Shown here: one piece after another, positions 24,522 through 38,000 of the stretch
Layout of the letters: every line of letters begins with the position of its first letter
Position numbering within the stretch: the first letter of the stretch is position 1
Assembly (NCBI RefSeq): GCF_000002075.1
Contig: NW_004797634.1
Span: forward strand, 534,539 to 598,538
Length of the DNA: 64,000 nt
Direction: 5' to 3'
Origin: Aplysia californica
Taxonomy: Eukaryota
Translations under genes and position numbers: made by a program
The notes under the pieces: model-generated
Told to the model about the DNA's origin: nothing
The model's database searches: none
The model's input: the letters and a program-made list of their open reading frames with translations, nothing else

Positions 24522-25722
24522 CGTAAGAGAACTGGATGAGAGATTGGAACATATTATTAACAGACATTAAATAATTTCAATAAAAAGGACAGTTCTCGTG
24601 TAGGACGAATCTGATACAAATTTATTATCGTTGCTGAAGACGTCATAATAACCCCCAAAAATCTCATAACAGCAGTGAACAATGTGAGTGACTATATTTC
24701 ACTTTAAAAGCCAGTCATTATTCAAATAAGCCTCTTTTTCTTTCTTTTCTTTTTAGTTTTAGTAAGTGTTTTACGGCACTTGCAACACAATAAGGTCATA
24801 TAAGTGCCGTAGATTAGAGGTGTTACAAGAGAGTAACAAACACACAAAAAAAGGAGGGGAGATAAAGACGATAGATGTTTGATAGGAAAGAAGAAGCAAA
24901 CCACACCAGAGCCCCCGCAACCACCCAGTCTTTTTTCTTTTCCCTTCTTTCCTTTGTTAATTATCAGCACACAGAGTGCAAGCGGGTTCAAAGAAAGCTC
25001 AGTTGATATCATGATGGACTACGAAGTGAATGGCCCTGGTTCAAATCCCAGACTGTGTGTTCTTGGGCTGCGGTTGTTTTGTGCAGTTGTCACAGTGCTC
25101 AGCCCAGGTTCCACCTCTTAAATAATCAAATGATAGTGTTGGATACCAGTGTTAAACCTATACACTTACTTAAGTCCAAGCAAATCGCTGTAATCACAAA
25201 GAGTCAATAACACTACAAGGAGGAGGAATCTCCCCGATCAAAAGAGAATTGGACGATAACTTGAAGTTTTTAATTCTAGTATTCTAGATCTAGTAAGAGT
25301 AGCTGTAAAACAATCAGGTCATGTAAAAGCTGAAGATAAGAGGTGTTACAAGCGATAGATGTTAGATAGGTAAGGAGTAAACCACAAGAGAGCACCCATC
25401 ATAAATTGGAAAAATGTAAACAGAATAATGACTAAGCAATTCGATAAAATCGACATTTCTCGTACACACCAAATCTGATACAATTTACCACTGCTTGTAA
25501 CCAGAGCTTAACATCCTCAGGTAACAGTAATTGAGTACCGTACATGCAACATCATTGAAGACATTGTTTTAAAGCTGTTTAACCCAGGTAAGGACATGGG
25601 TACCTCATATTTTTTAAGATGGAAAGTAATTATTGAGTTGAGTAAAAAAACAAAACAAACTCAAACAAAACCAAGCAAAAAAAAGAAAACTAGAATGGCT
25701 TTTCTGTTTTGTATTACATGAA

Positions 25723-25728
25723 TTTATT
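25723..25728 (-). promoter_or_regulatory. Candidate polyadenylation signal (AATAAA) for a long septin 3' UTR
   Basis: AATAAA on the minus strand followed by a T/GT-rich downstream tract (about 25645-25690). Confidence 0.35.
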
Positions 25729-28700
25729 GCATGCATTAATTCAAATAAAAGTAATGGTGGTACAAAACAATTGGTAGTACAGTATGGATATCAGTAATTG
25801 AGGCAATGTAGACATTACAAACATGGATTCAAAGATGAACACAGACAAGAGAAAGATAAAGACAGAAATGTAAATGGACCAAAAATTGGAACACACTATC
25901 TATTTACGGAAAAACGAACACTCAGATATGATGATGGCATGACTTGCAATGTATTGCTGCCTTGTCAATTCACAAACCAGATCAAAAGCAATACAAGTGT
26001 TTTCCCTTGCTGTAGAGACAAAGCCCCAATAAGCCATTTCTCTTAACCAAATTTTGTTAAAAACGAAAACACCATAAATGACAGGCATACAGTGATGTCA
26101 CCATATTCTCAAACATTTTTTTTTTCAAAATGAAATACAGTATGGAAGATATTTTATTCACTGGGAGTTCAATACGAGTAATAATACGCAGATCTGCAGC
26201 CCAAAAAAAAAAAAAAGATTCACTACATGTTTCATATTTCATCTACCATTGTCGTTGTAACTACTAACATTAGCCTTTGAAATAACCATATGATTCTAAC
26301 AAGGTAGTAAACTCACACAAAAACAAACTACAGTGAGTCTGACCTGGTGTCAAACCTCCAACATATAGAGTACTGTTTCTTACAAGATCTGATTAAACCA
26401 TACTAATAATAATTACAGTTTGCCCATCAATGTCTGACAATGACAAATACATCTGCAGAGGAGAATGTTTCTTTGCAAAATAGAAGAAATAATGATTATT
26501 AAGATGACTTGTGGTATCTGGCTTGGCCCATAAGACCAAATCTGGCAGAGAACAGTCTGCCACATTTTGAGCATTCAAAATCAAAAGCTTCATTTCCACT
26601 TCTGGACGTGTGCAGCTTACCATGCAGGCTTCTCTCTTGGCTTCAGCACTTAAAATTTGTAAAGCATCATGTGGTCTGCTACCTTTTGCTGCTCTCCAAC
26701 TTGGTCTGTCAGGAGCTAGGCTTTCCCACATCAAGGCATTTATGTTGTAGTCCTTTGGAGAAATTTTCAGGGTGTCTTTGTGACAATAGTTTAACTACAC
26801 TTCCCTCAGGACAGGTCAGAATAAAACAAAGCTTTCAAATTTTGAAAGCAGGCATTCTTACTTCATGGCCAGTCCGGCGAAGCTGAGCCTATACTACTAA
26901 CGAAATAACACAATCATGACAACTGAGTTGGTCCCAAAGTGCGTCCTTCAAACCACATGCTGGATATAAACGACTGTTACAATTATAGGAGATTACGACT
27001 TGGCCCCCAAAGGCAATAACAGTAAACCAGAGGAGAGTAGTGATCATATTTTTTAGTTCTATGAACTGAATCGGTCATTATACCTGACAAAACGTTTTTA
27101 AAAAAAGCTCATTTAAATCTTTGTTTATCATAGCACTACAACAAAAAAGTTTTGAAAATCAAGCAGCTAAGACTTTAAAACTTAACATACTGGCTGTCAA
27201 TTTTGAATCAATATATTCAACAAGATGGAGCACAGATGCTAAGTTGACAAGATCACAAAACATGCAAGAAACTTGACACTATGGAGGGAATTCAGGCCGG
27301 AACCATCGATGTTGCCTAAAACTTAATATACTATGTGGCTGTGAAAGTTTTGAGGCCAAATTAACACCATCTGTTATAAGAAAAGTACTATAAATGACAG
27401 GATAATAAATTAAATATAATACTACAAGACGGGTGTGTGAACTGAACAGCTTACTTAGCACAAACAAAAATACCAAGCAGCAATAACAATAACTTATAAG
27501 ATAGGAACAACATGTTGTAGTAACAGATATAGATAAGCCACGAAGACAGTTGAAAACAACGTAAACAGAAGATAGCGTAGATACCAACTACATTAGAACA
27601 AAGTGGATATAAATACACTACTAACATCATGCAACAGAAAACTATAGACATTTCTGGACAGTCTTTTCATCAAAATGATAGAACTCTTTGAGTGACTGCT
27701 TCTTTCATTCAATAGTTGTTTTTTTGGTATAGACTAGAAAGTGACAATATAAAATGAAAAAAGATGACTGATAATTACTGACAAATCGCAACTGCATTGA
27801 AAAAAATTAATTCTTTCTTAGTCTAATTCATGTATTTATCAAACTTCAAATCTCTGGAAACATAATAAAAAATTCAATTTTTTTTCATTTTCATGTACAC
27901 TACACAGTTGATGAAAGAATCTTAAAATACTAGTTGAAAAATAAATTAATGAAAATGAATGCAATTGATGTACCAAACTAAAAGCATTCCTTCACACTCT
28001 ACAGTAAGAAAAAAATTCTGTCAAACATTGACATTTCCAAGGAGGAAGCGCGATACTTCTTTCATACAGAAAAACAAAACCAACCCACCCACCCCCTCCC
28101 CTTACTGTTTTAAATGACACTCCCTAAGCAGCATTGTTTTGGAAAGTGGAAAAAACATAAAACATTCTGAGAGAAACTTCTACGCTTTAACACACATAGA
28201 AACAGCCTCTAGTTTTTCAGGTTAAAAAGTTATGAGATTATGTTGTAAATGATTGTCAACCCATTATGAAATAGAATGAAGGCTGTTAGTTTCACATTCC
28301 AATACTATTTTATAGCAATTAATTGCAACACATACAAAATAGCTATCAGCCTGATCTCTGGAAGCCAAAAAGCTAGATTCATTCGCATCTTTTCAATACA
28401 AATTTAAGAGGTTTTTACACTGGTGTGTTACTTTCAAATCACAAATGAAATAGTATACAATGTACAGTACAAAGCTATAATCCCTATTAAATGCAAGGTT
28501 CATTGAGTATCCTTAGATCAATTATCTTTACAAACTTACTACAACTAGACTTAAAACTAAAATCAGGCGAACTGAAAACATTTGTTAAAACTGAAATTGA
28601 ACACAGGATTTTCACAGAGCAATACAGGGAGCAAAAAATAAGCACAATAACTGAAAAGTTTCCCCCTTTTCTTGCATAGTCTTACTACACGAGATACGAG

Positions 28701-28883
28701 TACTTTCAGCTTTAGCTCGCAATGACACAGAAAATTGCACTACCGCACAGACCGAAACAAAAGTAAGGCAAGAACTTAGTTGCAGCTCCTTTAGCTCCAA
28801 TGCAATCTTCACACTTGAACGACAAATTGAACAATCTAAAATATCATTATCATTTCCCCCTAACTACAGCAGGACTAGAACAA

Positions 28884-29042
28884 TTATTTCTTCTTCTTGC
28901 CCATGGTGGAGGTGTGAGCTTGTACTTGGGCTTTTGTCTGGCTGAACAGGTTCATCTCGTCCTCCAGACGCTTGCGGCTCTCTTCCAGCTTGCGTTTCTC
29001 CTCTGTGTGCTGCTTCTTCAGCGCATCAAACCTATTGTGGAG
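28884..29042 (-). CDS. Septin last coding exon ([12 protein letters not shown]...MGKKKK*)
   Basis: Acceptor tttccccag; TAA stop at 28886-28884. Confidence 0.9.
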   Translation of the reverse strand, partial: LHNRFDALKKQHTEEKRKLEESRKRLEDEMNLFSQTKAQVQAHTSTMGKKKK

Positions 29043-32000
29043 CTGGGGAAAGTATTGAGAATATAATTTAGTTCAGCACATTTGAGTTGTTTAAGTAACA
29101 GTTTTACAGCACTTGCAGGTGCCAAAGATTTGAGGCGTTACAAGAGAGTAATAAACACAAAAAGGAGAGATTAGGGTGAAGAAAAATCATAAAAAAGCAA
29201 CAGTATTGCATTATTTCCTTTAAGTGTGGTTTCGAGATAAAATAGACATAAGAGTGTTCATGTTGGCTTATGATTATTTTAGTTATTTTAATACAAGAGT
29301 TACAGCACTTGCAATGCAATGAGGACATATAAGTGCCGAAGATTTGAGGTGTAACAAGAGAGAAAACAAACTCACAAAAAAGGAGAGGAGATAAGGATGA
29401 TAGATGCTTGATATGAAAAAAGGAGCAAACCACACGAGAGCACCCGCCAACCACCTTTCGCAAGAACAAGATGAGAACAGAGATACTAAAACAAGGTAGA
29501 GTCCAAACTGTCCAAAATGGACACCCAAAGTCAAGGGAAACATTGGTTGTCTGGCAAGACATCTAGGACAGCTTCATTAAAATAAAGAAAAAAATGAAAA
29601 GGAAAAGGTGGGAAGTGGTCATTTGCACAGGTGATTGTCTTGGACAAGTGGCCATTACAGCAGGTTTTAGTTTTAGTAAGAGTTTTACGGCACTTGCAAC
29701 ACAATAAGGTCATACATTTGCCGAAGATTAGAGGTATTACAAAAGTAACATGAACCAAAAAGGAAGAGAGATACAGATGAAAGAAGTTTGATAGGAAAAA
29801 ACGAGCAAACCAGACCAGAACATCCGCCATCCATCCAATTACACTACAGCAGGTTTGACAGTACATGGCGGAGTCCAGAAGAAAATACCTATCAACCACT
29901 GACCACTGTTCAGAAACACAAGCAATCTTTATTACCTCTTTCTCTGCTTCCTTGAGCTCAGCCTCCTTTTCTTTCACCCTGATGACAAACATCTGTCTCA
30001 TCTCATCCTCCTTCTTCTGCAGGGTTGTGATATGCTCCTGACGTTTCTGTTCATATGTCTCTGAAAGGCTGGAGTGGGAAGAAAAAAAAGGAAAACTCCA
30101 GTTAATGAATCTCAGCAGAGTAAAAAAAACCCAGAAAAGATGCAGATGTATAACAAATTTTTGTTAAAACTATGTAACTAATAGCATTCCTTATCACTTT
30201 GTTGAAAATGCTTATTTTTTCATGAATCCAAGTTTTAACTTCACTTAAAATAAAAGTTTGAGCTAGTAACTTTCATAACTTTTTAAAAAAATTAAACACA
30301 TCGATACGTTGTGAAATAAATAGAAAAAAAATGGAAGGAACCAGGTTAAACATGAAGGCAAAGTCTAGAAATGACTCCTCAAATAAAGGCTTGGGATTTC
30401 TGTGCCAAAAAATGCTCGAGGATTAGAGACTTAAATCGTTGAAACTACAATTGACAGCAAAAGCATTAATAAATTTCTTAAATCTCTCATAACAAACAAA
30501 CAAATCTGTATCAATGCACAAAAACTACCCACCCCACCAACAAAATTTCAAATCAAAGCAATGTTATTCTTTGAATAGTTCCAAGAGTCACCAACAAAAA
30601 TCAATATACTGCGAACCTTCTGGACTCTGAGTCTGAGAATCCCATCTCCTCTAGCTTGTGATGGCGGTACAGCTCAAAGTGTTTTGAATGGGTGACCTCC
30701 CTCAAGTCCTCCATGTTTGTACGGATCAACATTTCTCTCAACTTGACAAAGTCACAGTGGTTTTCGTTTTCAACTGCGAAAAGATTTTTTAAAAAGGTAA
30801 AGTAAGTTCATCACACCTAAATATACACCTCCGTGCGCCAGTGTAAACATTTTACTTTCAGAGTTCTTCTCACTCATGGGTGCTTGCAGCTCTGATCAAA
30901 ATCGATATCCATTTCAAACAGACACATTCAGTGAAGAACATTGGTACAATTAATCTGTCTGCTTCATTCTCATTATTATTCCCAAATGCAGTCCAGCAAA
31001 TTTATTATTTTTCTAGTGTCGGCAAAGTCCGTGAAGGGTAATACTAGAAAACAGAGAGTATGTGTTTACCGATATGAAAAAAAAAGACTTTAGTACTCCC
31101 CTTGAAACGAATTTAATCTTTTTATTTTATGTACTGATTGGTAGCTATGGACCTGTATTTCAACTTTTCAAAGTCAATGGTGGAAAAAAAAAATTTCACA
31201 GAAGATATGTGCTACCAACAAAGCACACATTATGGCACTTGATTATCCTGGAAAGCTTATGGAAGCTGGGGGGGGGGACAATTTTGTCAAAAACTAACCA
31301 AGCTTGGGCCACACTAATACTAAAGTTATATGTCAAGTAAGGGCCATAAAACATCATCCTGTAAGCCTAAATTGCCCTGTAGGCTGTAAGTTTAAGAACC
31401 CTGGTCTAGTAGAAAATAAACCAGATAGAGGCACTTCATTAGCTCAGTTGGTAACATGCTGGACTACGGAGCAGATGGCCCTGCCTGGTTCAAATCACAG
31501 CTGGGCTTTCTTGAACTCAAGTCATTCTGTGGAGTTTTCAGCGCCCTCAACCCAAGTGGCTTGGTCCTGTCGGAGACGGATGTTAAATTCGGAGGTCCCA
31601 CCTCTAGAATAACCATATAGTATTAAACCAATACACTTACTTAGTAACTGCGCCTGATAAATACAAATCATTAGCACTAGGAGCAGTTAAAACCTACAGT
31701 TGCCAACTCCTGACATCTATTGAGGGAATGTAAAAGAAGAAAAAGAAGATGGAGGAGTAGAAAAAGTCTGTATCTGTGACCCTCACCTTGCACTGTTCCC
31801 CATGGGTACTGTCTGGCCTTCACCATTTTGTTCCCAATCTTGACCTCATCATTGCTACCGACCACAGCAAAAGGTAGATGTTGCTGAAGGAAGAAACACA
31901 ATGAATAATAAAGTTCCTTTACTTGCTCATTGTGGCAATCGATAACGATAATTTATAATTTTTATTTGAACTTTATTTTAACCTGAAATGAAATACTTTC

Positions 32001-35000
32001 CATCGGCAAATAGCTATCTAAATCAAGAGATACAGAAAAACCTGAATATACTGGTACAAACTGTATTATCATAGGTGTCAACAGTAAGAACAAATAGTTT
32101 TCAAAAATCAGAATAAGAGAATTTCCAATCAAACGGAGAAGAGTGCAGCATGGACCTAGGTCATAATAGTCTGCACTTTTTTGGCACTAGGTTTTTACAG
32201 TAGGTTGATCTGGCTTCAACATGTCTGGTATCTAGTTCTCACTTTAGGGAGGTATTACTGGTAAGAATTTCAAGAGGAGAAATGAGACTATAAACAATAT
32301 TTTCAGTTCTCTTCTCTCCCCCATTGCAGTTCTTTTTTTTTCTCTCTTTACTAAATATAACACGACGTTAGCATCGGAACCAGATTTGTCATCATAGTAG
32401 ATTTCCACAGAAAAAAAAATAATACAGCACAATGGAAGTGACAAAGCTCTCTCTGTATATGACACCAAACACAGTATTGAATATTTCCCGTAGAACTTAC
32501 GTTCATTGAAGAATTTGTGTCTGCCACTGTTTCATCATCAGTAGGAAACTGGTAGATATGGACTCCATTTGATACAAGTTCAGACATCAGCTGTGGACAT
32601 TTCAATTCGTGAACTTCAGTTTATGATCACTGACCTCAACAAAATATGATCAGAAAGCATTCCTTATTTTGAATTATTTCAAAATTAAACAGCTATGTTC
32701 CTGAGTATGTGGATAAGATAAGATAAGATAGGATAAAACGAGATAAGAGATGAGATGGATGAGATAAGATATGATGAGATGAGATGAGACAAGATAAATC
32801 TTTATTGTCAAGATCCTGGCACATTGGTTTGGTGTTTCACCATGTACACACACACACACACACAGAGAAATACACACACACACACACACGGACGCACGTG
32901 TGTAAACATGCATTGGAGAGTAGATGTGTGTCAATAAAAGAAAGAGTATGCACAAATTTTAATATGCATGTGCGAGAGAGATAATATGTAACTTGATTTT
33001 TTTAAGTATCCCGAAACGGCCAAGCCAGGGTGGTTGAGAGACTAAAAAAGCTGGGAATCCAAGAGACAACATCTAAGCTTGCCTTTCATATAGGCCTACC
33101 TTGGTCTTGAATTTAGTGAGCTCTGTCTTGGTGATTGTGTCTGCTTTAGCAATGACCGGGATGATGTTCACTTTGGTGTCCAGTTTCTTCATAGTGACCA
33201 GATCCAAGGCCTTCAAGCTGAGGAAATTGTCAAACAGTTATTGCTAGAGTTTTTGTTTTAGTTTTAGTGAGAGTTTTATGGCACTTGCAACACAATAAAG
33301 TCATATAAGTGAGGAAGCTTAGAGGCGTTACAGTTACAGGAGAGTAACCAATACAAAAAAGAAGGAGGAAAGGACGATGTTTGACATGAAAGAAGAAGCA
33401 AACCACACCAGAACAGCAAGCACCCACCCACTGCTAGAGTTTATTAGGGTAGCAAGGAAGATGGCAAAAGAGCAAACGATAACCTTTATAAACAACTCGA
33501 ACGCGAAGGAGAAAAAATGGACAGCTTCGACTAAGAAGAGAAGAGGCTTGCAAAGAGAATATAAACTCTAAAGAGACCGTTTTTTAGAACCTGGAAACAT
33601 ACAAAAAAGGGCAGTTTTGAATTTTTTGTTTAATATAAATATTGACAACAACAAAATTTTTTTTGCTATAAAATGTCTATGGAATATCAAAGATAAACAC
33701 ACAAAATAAGCAGAAACAGCTCTCATAAAACAATCATGACAGGTTCGGGATGCACCTCCAACTTCATTGATGTCATCTATCGGTATTCAAAGTGTAAATG
33801 TTAAAGGTCAAGACAGCAATTTATTAAAACGGAAAACTGATTCAATATTTTTTCACACAATAGATAGTCTTTTCTTCAGACACCCCCCCCCCTTTCCGAG
33901 ACAAAACAGAAACAGTTCTCATAAAACAGCCACATCAAGTTGGAAATGCACCTTCATTGATGTCATGGCTACGAATGCTCAAAGAGAGGATTTTAAAGGT
34001 TAGGACAGCAATTACTTTAAACTAAAAGCTTATTCAATAATTGATTTTCAAACAACAGAATGCCTTTTCCTTTCTTTCTTTACTAAATTGATTTGAGAAA
34101 AATAATACACTAACCCGCCCCCCCCCCCCTTAAAAATTAGAAAACAAAACTAATTAAAACAACAACAAAACTCTATGGAAGCCATGAAGCATTCACACTA
34201 GAGACTGGGATGTTCACTTGAAGATGAACGAGAAGAAAGAAAAAAACTCATCCAACACTCTTCTATCAGTGACCTATTAAATTCACAGAAATTTTTTTCT
34301 TTGCCACAATGTTAAAAATGAAAGTAGAAATATACCACTCACGAATGGCCGGTGGGTGCAATGAAGTAAAGACAGGCATGAACACGCGTATCGTGGTAGG
34401 TGTGCAACATGCGTTTGATCTTCAGCTCCTCATGAAGATATGCGTCAAACTGAGCATCGATGTAGTCTACTATGGGCTTCCAGCTGAAACGAAATAAATG
34501 CAGTGTGTGAATGATTCACAGTACAGTGAAATTCGATTGATAAAGAACAATTATAATGAGGTAAAAGGTAAAACAATTTTCATAATATGTTTTCTTATAA
34601 ACCTTTTAAGACAATATTGACCAGATGGGGGAATCCCCATATTATTGTTGTCTTTTAATTTTGAATTTGTGTTCTTTTTTAACATCACCTTTTCCTCACT
34701 ATAAGCAAAGAATTTGGAATTTTCATGAAATTTACACTGCAAAGCATAAAGACAGGAAATAGAAATATAGGGCCTACTGTACAGAAAACTGGAGACAAAA
34801 TTTCTTCCCTGGAATAAATGTTTCTATTTTGAGAACTAAAAAAAAATAAATAAGTAAATTAGATTGTTTTTTTCTTTTCTTTAGACAATAAGAATGCTGC
34901 CAATGACTCGTTCAAAAATATCTTAGCGTGTGAAATGATGAATATGTAATGATAATGAGCAATAGTAAAATAGATTTTTATAAGAATTTCATAAACCTGA

Positions 35001-38000
35001 TACATGTATATTCAAAGTGAAACATATTGAACATCAAAATAGGAACAAGTAGTCTAATTCCCGTACGCCACTAACATCATTAGAGTTTAAAAAATAAACA
35101 GGAAGCGAAATGTATGGATGAAGAAGCTACAAACTAACAACACTCTTGACATAATGCTGGATACATGTAATATTTCAGGCATGCAATGTATTTTTAGGCT
35201 CAAAGTATATGCAAAACCCAAAACACCACATAAAGATCTACTGAACATCACAGAGGTAATCGTATTTCACAATATAAGGCCTAATCTATGGAGCATGCAT
35301 CAAATTACCATAGCAAACACATTTGACACAACTCAAACCCACTATTAAAGCCTCTAAAATAAAAGAAACTTTAAAAGACGGCTGTCTGCTCCAACACAAA
35401 CTCTCAGCACCCACTAAAAATATGACAGAGACCCAGCCTCATGTCTTCACTACTAGTATATCCCCATGCATACACCGTCAACAAGCAGGCATTCCCATAT
35501 ACACCTTCAAAAAGCAGTTTCATTTTGATAAAAGTCTATTCAAAGAAATAAAATTGACCAGTATGGATGGAACATAAGCCTCAACTTAGGCAGGTATTCC
35601 CCAGTTCATGTTCCAAAATTGGTGAAGAGCTCACAGCATAAAATATTACCTACAACAATAAGTGAGGAAAATAGGGAGCATGCAAAAGTGGTACATTTAT
35701 ATCTTTTCTATTCTGGACGGGGGGAGGGCAGTGGATGAGGTTATGTGTAAAGTTTTTGACAGTATGCAATCTGCAAAAGGATAAGTGTTTTCAAGAGCAA
35801 GTAGTCAGTTAAGCGAGTCAAAAGCTGCCGAGAAAAAGCAAAAAATTTGAAGAACAACCGTGAAAATCAGAAGCCAAGTGAAAACAATCAGAGTTAAGTG
35901 ACACGCGCTGCACTTTTCTCTCCCCCCCCCCCCCTCCATTCTTACACACCCTCACTATGATTCTGACCTTTTCTAACAAAATACTATTCATGCATTATGT
36001 TCAACAGGGAAAAAAAAAGTAAAATAAATCAGTCCAAGATTGAACATTACTAATTGAGATGACGCCCCTTATACGTTCAAAACAAGGTGACTTTCCTAAA
36101 ACTGACTGCAAAGCGGCCTTGTCAATTTCATAGAGTCACACACGCGAAGACATGGCGTTATGGTGAGTTTGCCACATCTGCAGTAAGCCAGGAAGCCAAG
36201 AGGTGCGAATGAAGCTAAAAGGATCTGGCTTGGAGCTTCATCCATTAGTTGTTTAATTTTAGATGCTATGACGAAAATCACAAACCTTGAAAGTCCAGTT
36301 GGACTGGTTTTACTGGAACAATAATAATAATTAAGCGATATGCTTTAAAGAGGCCTTATTTCTTCCCTTATTGACACTAGGGACTTGAAATGGCATGCAA
36401 TTTCCAACAATTAGATAATCATTTATTTGACCTAAACATTTCCAGACCAACAAGTCCCATTCTTTTCAAATTGCCACTTTGAACAGAGAAATCCTAAGCC
36501 TAATAACTCTCAAGACAGAAATATAATAGTCCATATTTTCGGGTCTTCGCTTATTTGTACCCAAAGGATTTGCAGGCAAATGGATTTTTTTTCAAAAGAG
36601 AACTAATATTTTGAGAGCTCGGAGTCCCAGGCTGTGCTTCAGTAAGAAGAAACGTCAAGTACAATAACGCAGAGAAAGTGCCCAGAATAAACGTGCATAC
36701 ATTTCACAAATATAAACTATATAGATGGAGTCATTTGTTACAGATATCATACAACTATTATGACACGGTTATTACACCGCTTGCAAGAGCACAGTTACTA
36801 CACTATTATAGTACAGTTACTAGTATTGCTATGGTCCAGTGACTACACAGCTATATAGTACAGTTACTAGTATTGCTATGGTACAGTGACTCGAATGTTA
36901 TAGTACAGTAGTTAGTTACCAGACTGTTATAGCACAGTTTCTACACTGCTATGATACAGTCACTAGTATAGCTATGGTACAGTTACTACACTATTATATG
37001 GCAGTTATCAGACTGTTATAGCACACTTTCTACACTGCTATGGTACAGTCACAAGTATTACTATAGTACAGTATATATACACACTTATTACTAGGCTATT
37101 ACAGTACAGTTACTACACGGTTATAATATAATAATGGTACAATTACTACACTCTTAAACGGTACAGTTATGAGGCAAGTCTTGCTGAGATACAGAACAGT
37201 TACTAGTATTGTTATGGTACAGTGACTACAGAGTTATAGTACAGTTCTACACTTTCATAGAATATTACTGCAACTATAATAATACAGTTATTATGTTGTT
37301 ATGGTACAGTTTCTACATCGGTATGGTTCAGTGGAAAGTTTACAACTTTCTAACTTCAGTGATACAGTGACTGCCCATGCAGTTGAATAAAAAGAGACAA
37401 GCCGTAGCAATAGAGCAGAACAGAAAAGGCTTTCCTTGTACATATATAGAAAATTATCAGTAATATTGTCAGTGGCATCAGAATGAAAAAGAATGTGCAA
37501 TTCTCGTATATCATATATATATATTTAAAAATAAGAACCCTTGCCAAAACACGTGTATACACCACACCCTATCAACTTCTAAACTACATAAACACAACGA
37601 CTGATAAAGAAAAGACAACAGAAAAAATTTACAGTTCGAGATATATAAGATAAATAAAATCAGCCAACCATACATAAACAAATAAAAATACTGAAAATAG
37701 AAGAAAAAGAAAAAAACAACAACCTCCATACAAAAGTACAACCCTGCAAGATACTGTCAGGCACTAAGGACTAGACATTTTCAAGCACCTCACTAAACTC
37801 TGAGGACTAACTTGAAGGGCTGCACGCAAAACACAAAAGGAATGCACTACATCCAAAAACTACCTTGACCTCACCTATCATCTTTGTTAATCTGATCCCC
37901 AAACCCTACAGAGTCCACCAGAGTCAGTTTTAAAAGCACATTCTTTTCACGAAGTTCTGAAAATGGGAAGAAGGCCAATGAGAAAGAAGTATGACGAGTC

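Noticed and set aside
36220-36241. Long-range docking site complementary to ~38411-38426
   Set aside because: Only an 8-bp core matches, which is expected many times by chance over these lengths.
36790-37330. CRISPR-like array
   Set aside because: Eukaryotic intron with tandem degenerate units, no unique spacers and no cas genes.
34484-37874. A third copy of septin exon 4
   Set aside because: No further GFGDQINK-coding segment was found by eye here or in 38571-40154. TBLASTN would settle it.
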